Shown: positions 1 to 10,449, counted from the stretch's first letter. The stretch: DNA of 32,000 bases from Demequinaceae bacterium (GCA_965250005.1 OZ252279.1:450001-482000), one strand, 5' to 3'. Numbers and translations: made by a program. The notes: generated by a model from the letters alone, not told the origin.

Positions 1-477
1 GCCGAGGTCCGTAAGCGCGCCGATACGGTGATCGACACAAGCGAGTTCACGGTTCACGACCTCGCCGACAGGATGGTCGAAGAGCTGGGCGCTGAATCTG
101 ATGTTGAACTCCTCGTCCACGTGCAGTCGTTCGGTTATCGCAACGGAATGCCCACGGACGCGGACTTTGTCGCCGACGTTCGCTTCCTGGACAACCCGCA
201 CTGGGACCCGAACCTGCGGCCCCTCACGGGAAAGGATGAGGCCGTGCGCGACTTTGTCCTTAACGCCGAAGGTGCGAGCGAGTTTCTGGACGCGTACGTC
301 GCGCTTGTAGACGTGGCCCTCCGCCGCTATCGCGCTCACGACAAACACCACGTCACGATCGCCGTCGGCTGCACGGGCGGCAGACACCGCTCGATCGCGA
401 TTTCGGAAGCGATGGCGAATCGCCTTGAAGATCACGGCTACCGAGTCAAGACATCGCATCGGGACACCGAGGTCTAG
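1..477 (+). CDS. rapZ: RapZ/YvcJ-family nucleotide-binding RNase-adapter protein, C-terminal part (5' end outside window)
   Basis: Frame 1 is open from nt 1 (AEVRKRADTVIDTSEF...) into ORF 28..477. The C-terminal domain has the RapZ-like signature FLDNPHW...IAVGCTGGRHRS. It sits directly upstream of whiA, as in other Gram-positives. Confidence 0.85.
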   Translation, partial: AEVRKRADTVIDTSEFTVHDLADRMVEELGAESDVELLVHVQSFGYRNGMPTDADFVADVRFLDNPHWDPNLRPLTGKDEAVRDFVLNAEGASEFLDAYVALVDVALRRYRAHDKHHVTIAVGCTGGRHRSIAISEAMANRLEDHGYRVKTSHRDTEV

Positions 478-540
478 TTGCCCTCTATCCGGAATTACTC
501 GCTGGACACGGGCGTCCCCCATTAGTGGCAGAATTGCGCC

Positions 541-1521
541 ATGGCATTGACCGCAGCGGCGAAGGATGAACTCGCCAGAGTTCCCGTGGAAAAGGTCTCT
601 AGCCGGAAGGCGGAGATCGCGACCACGCTCAGGTTCGCGGGCGGACTTCACATTGTCTCGGGGCGCATCGTCATCGAGGCAGAGCTGGATACGGCCGCTG
701 GTGCGCGTCGGCTCCGCCAGTTCATCGCCGACGTCTACGGCCACAAATCGGAGATCATCGTCGTGTCCGGGAGCGCCCTGAAGAAGGGCAATCGGTACGT
801 GGTCAGAATCGTGAAGGACGGCGAGTCGCTCGCGCGGCAAACGGGTCTGCTCGATCACCGCGGCCGGCCAGTGCGTGGACTGCCTCCGCAAGTGGTTGGC
901 GGTTCGATTGAGGACACAGTCGCCGCTTGGCGCGGAGCATTCCTCGCGCACGGGTCGCTCACGGAACCGGGCCGGTCCTCAGCTCTCGAAGTAACGTCAC
1001 CCGGACCCGAGGCCGCTCTTGCCCTCGTAGGCGCAGCCCGCCGGCTCGGCGTCACGGCCAAGTCCCGCGAGGTGCGCGGTGTCGATCGCGTCGTGATTCG
1101 AGACGGTGACGCGATTAGCGCCTTGCTTGCCCGCCTGGGCGCTCATGAGGCCGTGCTCGCGTGGGAAGAGAAACGCATCCGACGCGAAGTTCGTGGCACG
1201 GCCAACCGGCTCGCGAACTTTGACGACGCGAACTTGCGGCGGAGCGCACGCGCCGCTGTCGCCGCGGGATCTAGGGTTCAGCGCGCTTTCGAAATCCTTG
1301 GTGATGACGTCCCCGAGCATCTGCGAGAAGCGGGCGAACTCCGCCTCAACCACAAGGAGGCCTCCCTCGAGGAGCTCGGCAAGATGGCCGACCCGGCGCT
1401 GACCAAAGACGCAGTCGCGGGACGCATCCGGCGCCTGCTGGCTACGGCTGACAAACGTGCAGAAGATCTGGGCGTCGCGGACACCGAAGCGGGCCTTGAC
1501 GGGCAGTTGCTGGACGACTAG
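541..1521 (+). CDS. whiA: DNA-binding sporulation/cell-division regulator WhiA
   Basis: The 326-aa ORF is near-colinear with actinobacterial WhiA as I recall it: KDELARV...[51 protein letters not shown], and the C-terminal HTH region [12 protein letters not shown]. Confidence 0.95.
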   Translation: MALTAAAKDELARVPVEKVSSRKAEIATTLRFAGGLHIVSGRIVIEAELDTAAGARRLRQFIADVYGHKSEIIVVSGSALKKGNRYVVRIVKDGESLARQTGLLDHRGRPVRGLPPQVVGGSIEDTVAAWRGAFLAHGSLTEPGRSSALEVTSPGPEAALALVGAARRLGVTAKSREVRGVDRVVIRDGDAISALLARLGAHEAVLAWEEKRIRREVRGTANRLANFDDANLRRSARAAVAAGSRVQRAFEILGDDVPEHLREAGELRLNHKEASLEELGKMADPALTKDAVAGRIRRLLATADKRAEDLGVADTEAGLDGQLLDD

Positions 1522-1538
1522 ACGTCTGCATGAACATG

Positions 1539-1564
1539 ACATGCGTGACTTACGTCATGCGTGT
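1539..1564 (+). terminator. Possible whiA terminator hairpin (11-bp stem including 2 G.U pairs, TTAC tetraloop, no clear U-tract)
   Basis: ACATGCGTGAC-TTAC-GTCATGCGTGT pairs 1539-1549 with 1554-1564. It starts 18 nt after the whiA stop codon. Confidence 0.3.
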
Positions 1565-1632
1565 TGGAGCGCCGAACCGTAGTAACCTTGGAGGTAGTTC
1601 CTCGCCCACGCGCGAGGACGCGCGTACGTTGA

Positions 1633-2691
<1,059 letters not shown>

Positions 2692-2702
2692 AACTGACGC
2701 AT

Positions 2703-2739
2703 GCAACGTCCGTGCACGCCTCGCGTGTGCGGACGTTGC
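2703..2739 (+). promoter_or_regulatory. Intercistronic stem-loop between gap and pgk (17-bp stem including 2 G.U pairs, CTC loop)
   Basis: GCAACGTCCGTGCACGC-CTC-GCGTGTGCGGACGTTGC was paired by hand, position by position. It begins 12 nt after the gap stop and ends 44 nt before the pgk ATG. Confidence 0.5.
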
Positions 2740-2783
2740 TGTGTGCAGGCGCAAAACTTCCGAACGAAACCCGAGGAACTTTC

Positions 2784-3977
2784 ATGAAGACCATCGACTC
2801 GCTGGGCGACCTGGCAGGTAGGCGCGTTCTCGTTCGCGCGGACCTCAACGTGCCGCTGGACGGCACAACAATCACCGATGATGGGCGTGTGCGCGCCTCC
2901 GTCGCCACGATCAACAAACTCCGACGCAGCGGCGCCAAAGTAATAGTTCTCGCGCACCTGGGTCGCCCCGGCGGCGAGCCCACGCCTGAATACTCGCTTG
3001 CACCCGTCGCTGCGCGTCTCGCTGAGGTCCTGGATGCACCTGTCGCCTTCGCTACGGACCTGGTGGGCGAGTCCGCAAAAGAGACTGTCGCTTCGCTCGG
3101 CGACGGCGCGGTTGCCCTGCTCGAGAACGTTCGCTTCGACGCTCGCGAAACCTCGAAAGACGACGCCGAGCGCGCCTCTCTCGCCGCAGAACTTGCCGCC
3201 TTTGGCGACGCGTACGTCTCGGATGGTTTCGGGGTAATCCACCGCAAGCAGGCTTCTGTCTATGACATCGCTTCACTTCTCCCCGCCGCCGCGGGCACGC
3301 TCGTGGAGAAGGAAGTCCTGTCGCTCAGTCGAGCAACCACCGACCCCGAACGCCCCTACGTCGTCATTCTCGGTGGCTCCAAGGTTTCCGACAAACTGGG
3401 CGTGATCGCGAACCTGCTCAAGAAGGCCGACCGAATCCTGATCGGTGGCGGAATGGTATTCACCTTCCTCGCCGCGCAGGGGCACAAGGTCGGCTCGTCG
3501 CTCCTTGAGGAAGACCAGATCGATAACGTCAGAGGCTATCTCGCGTCGGCCGAAACCTCCGGAGTCGAGATTGTCCTTCCCACGGACATCGTGGCCGCGG
3601 CGCGCTTTGCGGCTGACGCAGACCATAACACGGTCGCAGCTGACGCCATCCCAGACGACCGCATGGGCCTCGACATTGGCCCGGACTCTAGCGTTCTGTT
3701 CGCTTCCAAAATCGCTGACGCCAAGACCATCGTCTGGAACGGACCTATGGGCGTCTTTGAGTTTGACGCATTTGCCGCAGGCACGCGGGCCGTAGCCCAG
3801 GCCATGATCGAATCCGAAGGGTTCTCGGTGGTAGGCGGGGGAGACTCAGCTGCCGCGGTGCGTCGCCTAGGCTTCGACGAGGCGGCATTTGGCCACATCT
3901 CGACCGGAGGCGGCGCAAGCCTCGAACTGCTTGAAGGGAAGGTCCTTCCGGGCCTTGCCGTACTAGAGGAGAACTGA
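2784..3977 (+). CDS. pgk: Phosphoglycerate kinase
   Basis: The sequence [27 protein letters not shown]...GGGDSAAA is typical PGK. The ATG at 2784 is preceded by GAGGAA. The upstream 50 codons of ORF 2634.. overlap gap and the hairpin, so I excluded them. Confidence 0.95.
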   Translation: MKTIDSLGDLAGRRVLVRADLNVPLDGTTITDDGRVRASVATINKLRRSGAKVIVLAHLGRPGGEPTPEYSLAPVAARLAEVLDAPVAFATDLVGESAKETVASLGDGAVALLENVRFDARETSKDDAERASLAAELAAFGDAYVSDGFGVIHRKQASVYDIASLLPAAAGTLVEKEVLSLSRATTDPERPYVVILGGSKVSDKLGVIANLLKKADRILIGGGMVFTFLAAQGHKVGSSLLEEDQIDNVRGYLASAETSGVEIVLPTDIVAAARFAADADHNTVAADAIPDDRMGLDIGPDSSVLFASKIADAKTIVWNGPMGVFEFDAFAAGTRAVAQAMIESEGFSVVGGGDSAAAVRRLGFDEAAFGHISTGGGASLELLEGKVLPGLAVLEEN

Positions 3978-3979
3978 AG

Positions 3980-4771
3980 ATGGCACGCACACCCCTTATT
4001 GCGGGCAACTGGAAGCTGAACCTCGACCACCTCGAGGCCATGCACACAGTCCAGAAACTCGCTTGGCTCCTTCGTGACGCCAGCCACAATTTCGCGGAGG
4101 TGGAAGTTGCCGTACTGCCCTCCTTCACCTCGATCCGGTCCGTACAGACACTCGTCCATGCCGATCAACTCGAGATCAAGTACGGTGGCCAGGACATCTC
4201 GATGTACGCCAACGGCGCATACACGGGGGAAATCTCCGGCGACATGCTCAAAAAGCTCGGCGTCTCGTACGTGGCTGTTGGCCACTCGGAACGACGCGAG
4301 CATCATGCAGAGGATGACGCGACCGTCGCCGCCAAGGTCAAGGTGGCGTACGAGAACGACATCGTGCCCATTGTTTGCGTTGGCGAAGGACTCGACGTCC
4401 GCAAGCAGGGACACCAAGTCGAGCACACGCTCGCCCAGATCGATGGCGCCCTTGACGGCCTCTCCGCAGAGTCAGCTGCGGATGTTGTTTTTGCTTACGA
4501 GCCCGTGTGGGCGATCGGAACCGGCGAGGTCGCGACACCTGCTGACGCTCAAGAAGTCTGCGCCGCTATTCGTGAACGAATCGCGAGTCTCTACTCTCAG
4601 ACTCTTGCCGACGGGGTCCGTGTGCTGTACGGCGGCTCGGTCAAATCGGGCAACATCGCGTCGATCATGGCTGAGGCTGACGTAGACGGTGCCTTGGTCG
4701 GTGGAGCAAGCCTCGACCCGGAAGAGTTTTCGAAGATTGCGCGCTTTCCGTCCCACCAGGTGGGTCTGTAA
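3980..4771 (+). CDS. tpiA: Triose-phosphate isomerase
   Basis: Motifs AGNWKLN, GHSERR and [10 protein letters not shown] are present. The ATG lies 2 nt after the pgk stop and has an AGGAG upstream. Confidence 0.95.
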   Translation: MARTPLIAGNWKLNLDHLEAMHTVQKLAWLLRDASHNFAEVEVAVLPSFTSIRSVQTLVHADQLEIKYGGQDISMYANGAYTGEISGDMLKKLGVSYVAVGHSERREHHAEDDATVAAKVKVAYENDIVPIVCVGEGLDVRKQGHQVEHTLAQIDGALDGLSAESAADVVFAYEPVWAIGTGEVATPADAQEVCAAIRERIASLYSQTLADGVRVLYGGSVKSGNIASIMAEADVDGALVGGASLDPEEFSKIARFPSHQVGL

Positions 4772-4824
4772 ACGTCTAGCGCGACATCGCGTATTCTATA
4801 GCCACACACGAACCGAGGAGCACC

Positions 4825-5070
4825 GTGGAAGCACTAACAACAACCCTGCAGATCTTGCTCGTCGTATTAGGCGCGCTCGTGATCGGGCTTGTGCTCATTC
4901 ACCGCGGTCGCGGCGGTGGAATCTCCGACATGTTCGGCGGTGGCATCGCATCGGGCATCCAATCGAGCGGCTCCGGCGAGCGCAACCTCACGCGGTTCAC
5001 GTGGGGCGTTGCGGTCGCCTGGGGCATGATCACCGTGCTACTCGGCCTAGTCGCCAAGTACACGATCTAG
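4825..5070 (+). CDS. secG: Preprotein translocase subunit SecG
   Basis: The 81-aa protein has two TM segments flanking a Gly-rich loop (HRGRGGGISDMFGGG). The GTG start follows AGGAG. The position after tpiA matches other actinobacteria. Confidence 0.85.
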   Translation: MEALTTTLQILLVVLGALVIGLVLIHRGRGGGISDMFGGGIASGIQSSGSGERNLTRFTWGVAVAWGMITVLLGLVAKYTI

Positions 5071-5078
5071 GGGGAACT

Positions 5079-5441
5079 GTGGCTGGCGGAAGTGCAATTC
5101 GTGGTTCGCGCGTAGGTGCGGGACCACTCGGGGAAGCGGCGCGGGGCGAGTCGGCTCCCCGCGTGCAAGTAGCGTATTTCTGTGCCAACAACCACACGGT
5201 CAAACCCAGTTTTGCCGTCGAAAACAGCGAAGAGCTCCCGCAAGAGTGGGACTGCCCCCGCTGCGGCTTTCCCGCAGGCCTCGACAAGGAAAACCCTCCG
5301 ATCCCCCATCGCAACGAGCCGTACAAGACACACCTCGCCTACGTGAAAGAACGACGTAGTGACTTGGAAGGTGAGACCCTGCTCAAGGAGGCCATCGACG
5401 CACTACGTGCGCGTCGAGCCGGCCCCGGGACAGCCAAGTGA
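5079..5441 (+). CDS. rbpA: RNA polymerase-binding protein RbpA
   Basis: From the GTG at 5079 (after GGGGAA) the sequence reads AGGSAIRGSRVGA...APR...YFCANNH...WDCPRCG...ERRS..E.E.LL. This matches RbpA, including the C/H/CxxC Zn-ribbon variant. The long 250-aa ORF 4689..5441 overlaps tpiA and secG out of frame, so I trimmed it. Confidence 0.85.
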   Translation: MAGGSAIRGSRVGAGPLGEAARGESAPRVQVAYFCANNHTVKPSFAVENSEELPQEWDCPRCGFPAGLDKENPPIPHRNEPYKTHLAYVKERRSDLEGETLLKEAIDALRARRAGPGTAK

Positions 5442-5657
5442 TCGTTGAGATCGAATCTGCGTTCCCTGCGGCTTCTTAGAACGTGCCGTTGACGCTCAGA
5501 GGGCAATCTTGGAAACCTTCGGTCAGCGCGTTGAGACTGTCACACTAAGGACAGGAGAGAAGGGCGTCTTCACGATCCGCGCGGACAGCGAGCAGATCTA
5601 TGCCAGGCCAGAACACTTCAGCATTGAAGAGATCGTCGAGCGTCAGCACGGGTCTAG
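5438..5657 (+). pseudogene. Rdx (SelW/SelT/SelH-like) CxxC thioredoxin-fold gene remnant, frameshifted
   Basis: The GTG at 5438 overlaps the rbpA TGA and reads VIVEIES.. until TAG 5477. From 5458, frame +1 reads CVPCGFLERAVDAQRAILETFGQRVETVTLRTGEKGVFTIRADSEQIYARPEHFSIEEIVERQHG. There is no start codon in that frame after TGA 5446 and no in-frame stop until 6069. Confidence 0.5.
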
Positions 5658-5681
5658 CCGCACTCGTTGTGCGTGCGTTCG

Positions 5682-6398
5682 CTACAGCGCAGCAGTTGCC
5701 GCGACATCGAGCAACCAAAGGGTCTGCTCGGTGCCCTTGACCATCCCTCCGGGATTGCCTTCTGCCTTGCTTAGCGAGCCTCGAACGGCCTCGGCTTTGC
5801 TGCCACCCGCCGCCACTACCCACACTTCACGTGCGCGCGCAATGGCGTCCAGCCCGAGGCTCACCCGCGTTGGCGGCGGCTTTGGGGAATCATGGACTGC
5901 GAGGACAACTGACTTGTGGTCAGTTAACGCGACGTGGCCGGGGAAGAGCGATGCGACGTGTGCATCTGGCCCGAGGCCCAGCATAAGGACATCGAACGAG
6001 GGACACGGGTCGCCAAAGCGGGCGAGTTCCCGGGCGTACGCAACTGCGGCCGCCTCCGCGTCGCTGTAGTCAGTCGACGACCCCATTCGGTGGATGTTCT
6101 CCTCCGGAAGTTTGAGGTGCCGCAGTAGCGCTTCCTGGGCTTGTCCTTCATTGCGGTCGGCATCACCTGTGGCAACGAAGCGTTCGTCTCCCCACCACAC
6201 ATGCACAGACATCCAGTTCACCAAGTCTCGCAGTGGAGAGTGCGCCGCCGCAGCGAGTGTTTGGATGCCGACGGTTCCGCCCGTGAGCACTACGTGCGCG
6301 ACTTCGCGCGCGGCGAGGGCATCCGTGAGCGAGGTGAGCATGCGCCCGGCGGTAGCGATGGCAACCGCCTCTGCGCTCGGGTAGATGACAGTTTTCAC
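5682..6398 (-). CDS. pgl: 6-phosphogluconolactonase
   Basis: Motifs VVLTGGTVG, WWGDERFV and LGLGPDAHVASLFP are present. The GTG start at 6398 overlaps the opcA TGA (GTGA). The upstream part of ORF 5682..6482 was discarded. Confidence 0.9.
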   Translation of the reverse strand: MKTVIYPSAEAVAIATAGRMLTSLTDALAAREVAHVVLTGGTVGIQTLAAAAHSPLRDLVNWMSVHVWWGDERFVATGDADRNEGQAQEALLRHLKLPEENIHRMGSSTDYSDAEAAAVAYARELARFGDPCPSFDVLMLGLGPDAHVASLFPGHVALTDHKSVVLAVHDSPKPPPTRVSLGLDAIARAREVWVVAAGGSKAEAVRGSLSKAEGNPGGMVKGTEQTLWLLDVAATAAL

Positions 6399-7321
6399 GG
6401 GCGTTTGCTCCCACCTGCAACGGCCAGCACGTCGCCATAGAGCGGGTCGGCGTCGAGGCTCCGCAGCTCTTCTGCGAGGCAATCATTTAGCGTGCGGTGG
6501 GGGAGTGCGATCACGTGAGCGGGCTGCTCAGGCTGGGAGAACGTGGCTGTAGCGGGATCATTTCTGGAGATGCCGATTTCTCCGGACGGGGTTTCCAATA
6601 CTACGGAGAGCAGCCCTTTGACCGTCGTGTCTGTCGTCGCCTCAAAGCCACAGCCAAGCGTCTTTTTGAACCACGCGCCGAGTAGCAGCACTGATGCGCT
6701 GTTTTCAGCGCCGTGGATCCTTACGTTCGTTACGTCGCGGTCGTCCACCTGCTCGAGCGCGACCGCCAAAAGTGCGCGCCAGCGCGTGAGCCTCGCCCAG
6801 GCCAGATCAGTGTCGCCCGGCCGGTAGGAACTCGCAAGGCGCGCGAGCGTCTCTTGCGCATCAGGCTCGCCCTTGGCGTCCGTAATCCTGCGCGTGGCCA
6901 TGGCTCCAATACGGGTACCCGACGGGTTCGTTGGCGGGTCTGCAGGCCACCACGTCACGATCGGGGCGTCGGGCAGAAGGAGTGGAATAACGAGCGTGTC
7001 ATCGTGTTCCGCCATTTCGCGTGAAGGGCGCAGCACCACGATCTCTCCAGAGCCACCGTCACCCCCGACGCGAATCTCAGCGTCAAGGCGCGCCGTGGCC
7101 TCGTTGGTCGGCGACAGCACTACAACGCGGCACGGGTGTTCACGCGACGCCTCAATGGCCGAAGCGATCGCGGCCTCGTCATCCGCGCCGGTGGCATCGA
7201 TGACAAGCGTCAGAACCCTGCCGAGCGTGACGACGCCGCTCTCCGCGCGCACGCGAACGAGCTCCTTGTTGATCTGCCCTGTCGTGGTGTCCGGGAGGTC
7301 GATTATCACGGGCGCCTCCAT
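6395..7321 (-). CDS. opcA: Glucose-6-phosphate dehydrogenase assembly protein OpcA
   Basis: The roughly 305-aa ORF lies between zwf and pgl and has OpcA-like sequence (ELVRVRAESG..TLGRVLTLV, IVTWWP). The start is ATG 7321 or, more likely, GTG 7309, which forms a GTGA overlap with the zwf stop and follows GGAGG. Confidence 0.85.
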   Translation of the reverse strand: MEAPVIIDLPDTTTGQINKELVRVRAESGVVTLGRVLTLVIDATGADDEAAIASAIEASREHPCRVVVLSPTNEATARLDAEIRVGGDGGSGEIVVLRPSREMAEHDDTLVIPLLLPDAPIVTWWPADPPTNPSGTRIGAMATRRITDAKGEPDAQETLARLASSYRPGDTDLAWARLTRWRALLAVALEQVDDRDVTNVRIHGAENSASVLLLGAWFKKTLGCGFEATTDTTVKGLLSVVLETPSGEIGISRNDPATATFSQPEQPAHVIALPHRTLNDCLAEELRSLDADPLYGDVLAVAGGSKRP

Positions 7322-8823
7322 TCACGGCCGTCGCGGGCAAGCATGTCGTCTGAGCCGGCGGGGCCCCACGTGCCAGACCGGTACTGCTCGGGCTGTCCCT
7401 GTGTAGCCCAGTGTGCAGTGATCGGGTCCAGAATCTTCCACGACTGCGCCACCTCTTCGTGCCGGGGGAACAGCGGCGGGTCACCCAAGAGTACGTCCAA
7501 TATGAGTCGTTCGTAGGCCTCCGGAGAAGCTTGCGTGAATGAGTTTCCGTAGCCGAAGTCCATCGTGACGTCGCGGACCTCCATGTTGGGCCCGGGGACC
7601 TTGGAGCCGAACCTCAGCGTCACGCCCTCGTCCGGCTGGACGCGAATGACCAGCGCGTTGTTGCCGATGTCTCCTCCCGCGGCATCCGCGAATGCTGCGT
7701 TGGGCGCCTTCTTGAACACTAAAGCGATCTCCGTCACCCGACGGCCCAGGCGCTTGCCTGCGCGAAGATAAAACGGCGTGCCTTGCCAGCGGGAATTGTC
7801 GATGTCGAGGCGGATTGCTGCGTATGTCTCGGTGATGGAGTCTGGAGCGATTCCGTGTTCGTCGAGGAAGCCTCCGACTTGCTCTCCTCCACGCCAGCCG
7901 GCCGCGTACTGGCCTCGCGCGGTGCCTGCCGAGAGATCGTCGGGGAGGACGACTGAACGAAGGACCTTCTCTTTTTGGTCACGCAGATGATGGGCCTCGA
8001 AGCTCGCGGGCTGTTCCATCGCGGTAAGCGCCATTAACTGAAGCAGGTGGTTCTGAATAACGTCCCGCGCGGCGCCGATGCCGTCGTAGTATCCCGCGCG
8101 CCCGCCAATCCCGATGTCCTCGGCCATGGTGATCTGCACGTGGTCGATGTGCTCAGCATTCCAAATCGGCTCGAAGAGTTGGTTCGCGAAGCGAAGCGCT
8201 AGCAGGTTCTGGACCGTCTCTTTGCCCAGGTAGTGGTCGATGCGGAAGATCGAGTCGGGGGGGAATACTTCGGAGACCACGGCGTCAAGCTCGTTTGCAC
8301 TCGCGAGATCGTGGCCGAATGGCTTCTCGATGACAACGCGGCGCCAGGCGTCCTTGGTGAATGTGGAGAGGCCAGAATCTGCCAGCCGTCGGCATACCGT
8401 CGGGAATAGGGCGGGCGGGATCGACAGATAGAACGCGTGGTTTCCGTCGGTCCCACGTTTCTGGTCGAGTTCCTCGACAGTTTCGCGCAGGCGTTCAAAG
8501 GCTTCAGGATCGTCGAACGTGCCCTCAACAAACCGAATGCCTTCGGCGAGGCGTTCCCAGGTTTCTTCGCGGAACGGCGTGCGCGCGTATTCCTTGATCG
8601 CGTCGTGAACCACCTGCTTGAAGTCCTCGCGGTCCCACTCGCGCCGAGCGAAGCCAGTCAGCGCGAAAGCGGGAGGTAGTAGGCCGCGGTTGGCGAGATC
8701 GTAGATGGCGGGCAAGAGCTTCTTGCGCGCAAGGTCGCCGGTCACGCCAAACAGCACCAGACCGCAAGACCCGGCAATCCGGGGCAGTCTACGGTCGCGC
8801 GGATCGCGCAACGGGTTGTTCAC
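7306..8823 (-). CDS. zwf: Glucose-6-phosphate 1-dehydrogenase
   Basis: Contains the NADP-binding motif LFGVTGDLARKKL and the active-site motif RIDHYLGKE. It is 505 aa with a GTG start. Confidence 0.95.
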   Translation of the reverse strand: MNNPLRDPRDRRLPRIAGSCGLVLFGVTGDLARKKLLPAIYDLANRGLLPPAFALTGFARREWDREDFKQVVHDAIKEYARTPFREETWERLAEGIRFVEGTFDDPEAFERLRETVEELDQKRGTDGNHAFYLSIPPALFPTVCRRLADSGLSTFTKDAWRRVVIEKPFGHDLASANELDAVVSEVFPPDSIFRIDHYLGKETVQNLLALRFANQLFEPIWNAEHIDHVQITMAEDIGIGGRAGYYDGIGAARDVIQNHLLQLMALTAMEQPASFEAHHLRDQKEKVLRSVVLPDDLSAGTARGQYAAGWRGGEQVGGFLDEHGIAPDSITETYAAIRLDIDNSRWQGTPFYLRAGKRLGRRVTEIALVFKKAPNAAFADAAGGDIGNNALVIRVQPDEGVTLRFGSKVPGPNMEVRDVTMDFGYGNSFTQASPEAYERLILDVLLGDPPLFPRHEEVAQSWKILDPITAHWATQGQPEQYRSGTWGPAGSDDMLARDGREWRRP

Positions 8824-8826
8824 GCC

Positions 8827-10449
8827 CTAGCCTTCCAAGATTGCTTGTACGCGGGCCACCTGCGACTCGTCCGTGAGGTTGAGGCGCAGCACAGGCCTGC
8901 CGAGCCGTCCGAGCACACCTGCGTCACCCTCGGCCTGCGAGCGGATCAGTGTTCCGAAAGTGAACGGGCGGTCCGGAATCGCGAGGTCGTCTGCGAATGT
9001 ACCCGTGACCTGGAGGAATACGCCGACGGGGGCACCGCCCTTGTGCAACTGGCCCGTCGAGTGCAAGAATCGCGGACCCCACCCGAAGGTGACGGGGCGC
9101 CCGGTCCTGCGCGCAATGGCCGTGCGGACAGATTCGAACTCCCCGTGACGCTCGCGATTGAGGTACGTCATGATGGCAAGATACCCACGGCTACCGAGCT
9201 CGGATTCAAGCGCCCGGACGGCCTCTTCAACGGTCGATGCACTCGGGGCGAGACCCTCGGTCATGCGGACCTCGATGCCGTCGTCCTCGAACGCGATGGG
9301 CTCGGGAGCTGGCGTGCTCTCGAGTAGCCCGCGCGAGGCGATTTTGGCGGACTCCACGTTCGGCTGGTCGAACGGGTTGATACTCATGATGCGTCCGGCG
9401 ATCGCGGTAGCGTACTCCCAGAGCAGAAACTGGCCGCCGAGCGTTCCGGAAACGGTAATGCATGTGCCGTCGCTGTCCCCGTCGAAACCAATGAGACGCA
9501 CCTCGATCGTGTCGGGCTCTCCGATTTCGGGAGCTGCGTCACCCGTGATCACTGGCACGAGGCCAACGCCATTCTTGCCTGTCGACTCCGCTATGAGCTG
9601 CTCCGCCCAGTCGCCTATTCCGTGAATGTTGACGGACTGGTTGGTGAAGACGAGTTTGTCGCGGTTGGAACCGGCGATCGCGGCGCCTAGCACCAGCGCG
9701 GGGTTGGCGTCCATGTCTTCGGCGAGCGACGGAGCCACGGCTGCGGCCTCATCGAGCAGATCCGCGACGGGGACACCGGCGAGCGCCGCCGGCACCAGGC
9801 CAAAGGCACTCAGCACTGAAAAGCGGCCACCCACGTTAGGGTCGGCGAGAAACACCGCACGGTAGCCCGCGGCGCTGGAGGCCTTCTCGAGGGGGGACCC
9901 GGGGTCGGTGACCACCACGATGTGTTGGCGCGGGTCGAGACCTGCATTCTTGAACGCGGCTTCGAACGTGCGCCGCTGGGAGTCAGTCTCCACCGTTCCG
10001 CCGGACTTGGAGGAGACGACGACGACCGTAGCAGCGAGATTCCCGCTGAGCGCGTGGCGCACTTGATCGGGGTCCGTCGAGTCAAGAGTGACCAGCGGAA
10101 CGCCGTACGTCTTGCAGATTACCTCCGGGCCGAGCGAGGAGCCGCCCATGCCGCACAGGACCACCCGGGTCTTGCCCTCGGATTTGACCTCCGCCGCCAA
10201 CCCGCCGAGTTCGCTAAGGATCGAACGCGTGCTCTCGTGAAGGTCGACCCAGCCAAGGCGAATTCTGGATTCTGATTCGGCTTCCGGGCCCCATAGCTTC
10301 CAGTCTTTCGCGGCGATCCGCGACGCCACCTTGTCACGGATGAGCTCGCGCAGTCGCTGCGCTACTGGAATCGCGGGGTCGCCAGAGACAGTGACCGCGA
10401 CGTGCGCCTCGGATTCCACGCCCGCCCAAACCGAAATGAAATCGGTCAC
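8827..10449 (-). CDS. pgi: Glucose-6-phosphate isomerase (actinobacterial ~540-aa PGI/SIS type)
   Basis: SIS-domain motifs CGMGGSSLGPEV and VVVSSKSGGTVET are present, together with DPNVGGRFSVLS. The GTG start overlaps the tkt stop (GTGA). Confidence 0.8.
   Translation of the reverse strand: MTDFISVWAGVESEAHVAVTVSGDPAIPVAQRLRELIRDKVASRIAAKDWKLWGPEAESESRIRLGWVDLHESTRSILSELGGLAAEVKSEGKTRVVLCGMGGSSLGPEVICKTYGVPLVTLDSTDPDQVRHALSGNLAATVVVVSSKSGGTVETDSQRRTFEAAFKNAGLDPRQHIVVVTDPGSPLEKASSAAGYRAVFLADPNVGGRFSVLSAFGLVPAALAGVPVADLLDEAAAVAPSLAEDMDANPALVLGAAIAGSNRDKLVFTNQSVNIHGIGDWAEQLIAESTGKNGVGLVPVITGDAAPEIGEPDTIEVRLIGFDGDSDGTCITVSGTLGGQFLLWEYATAIAGRIMSINPFDQPNVESAKIASRGLLESTPAPEPIAFEDDGIEVRMTEGLAPSASTVEEAVRALESELGSRGYLAIMTYLNRERHGEFESVRTAIARRTGRPVTFGWGPRFLHSTGQLHKGGAPVGVFLQVTGTFADDLAIPDRPFTFGTLIRSQAEGDAGVLGRLGRPVLRLNLTDESQVARVQAILEG

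Noticed and set aside
4689-5078. The N-terminal 130 codons of the 250-aa ORF 4689..5441, which would extend rbpA.
   Set aside because: This part overlaps the tpiA 3' end and all of secG in another frame, and its sequence is Arg-rich and motif-free. RbpA homology begins at GTG 5079, which has its own RBS.
5446-5448. The in-frame TGA just upstream of the CVPCG motif, considered as a possible selenocysteine codon in a SelW-like gene.
   Set aside because: In Rdx/SelW selenoproteins, Sec replaces a Cys within the CxxC/CxxU motif itself. Here both redox positions are Cys codons, and the TGA lies 4 codons upstream with no start codon before it that I can justify.
5658-6069. The rest of ORF 5509..6069 (186 aa) as a real protein-coding region.
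   Set aside because: Only the first ~50 codons (the Rdx-like part) look like protein. Beyond about 5657 the frame runs antisense through pgl and yields Ser/Ala/Arg-rich low-complexity sequence.
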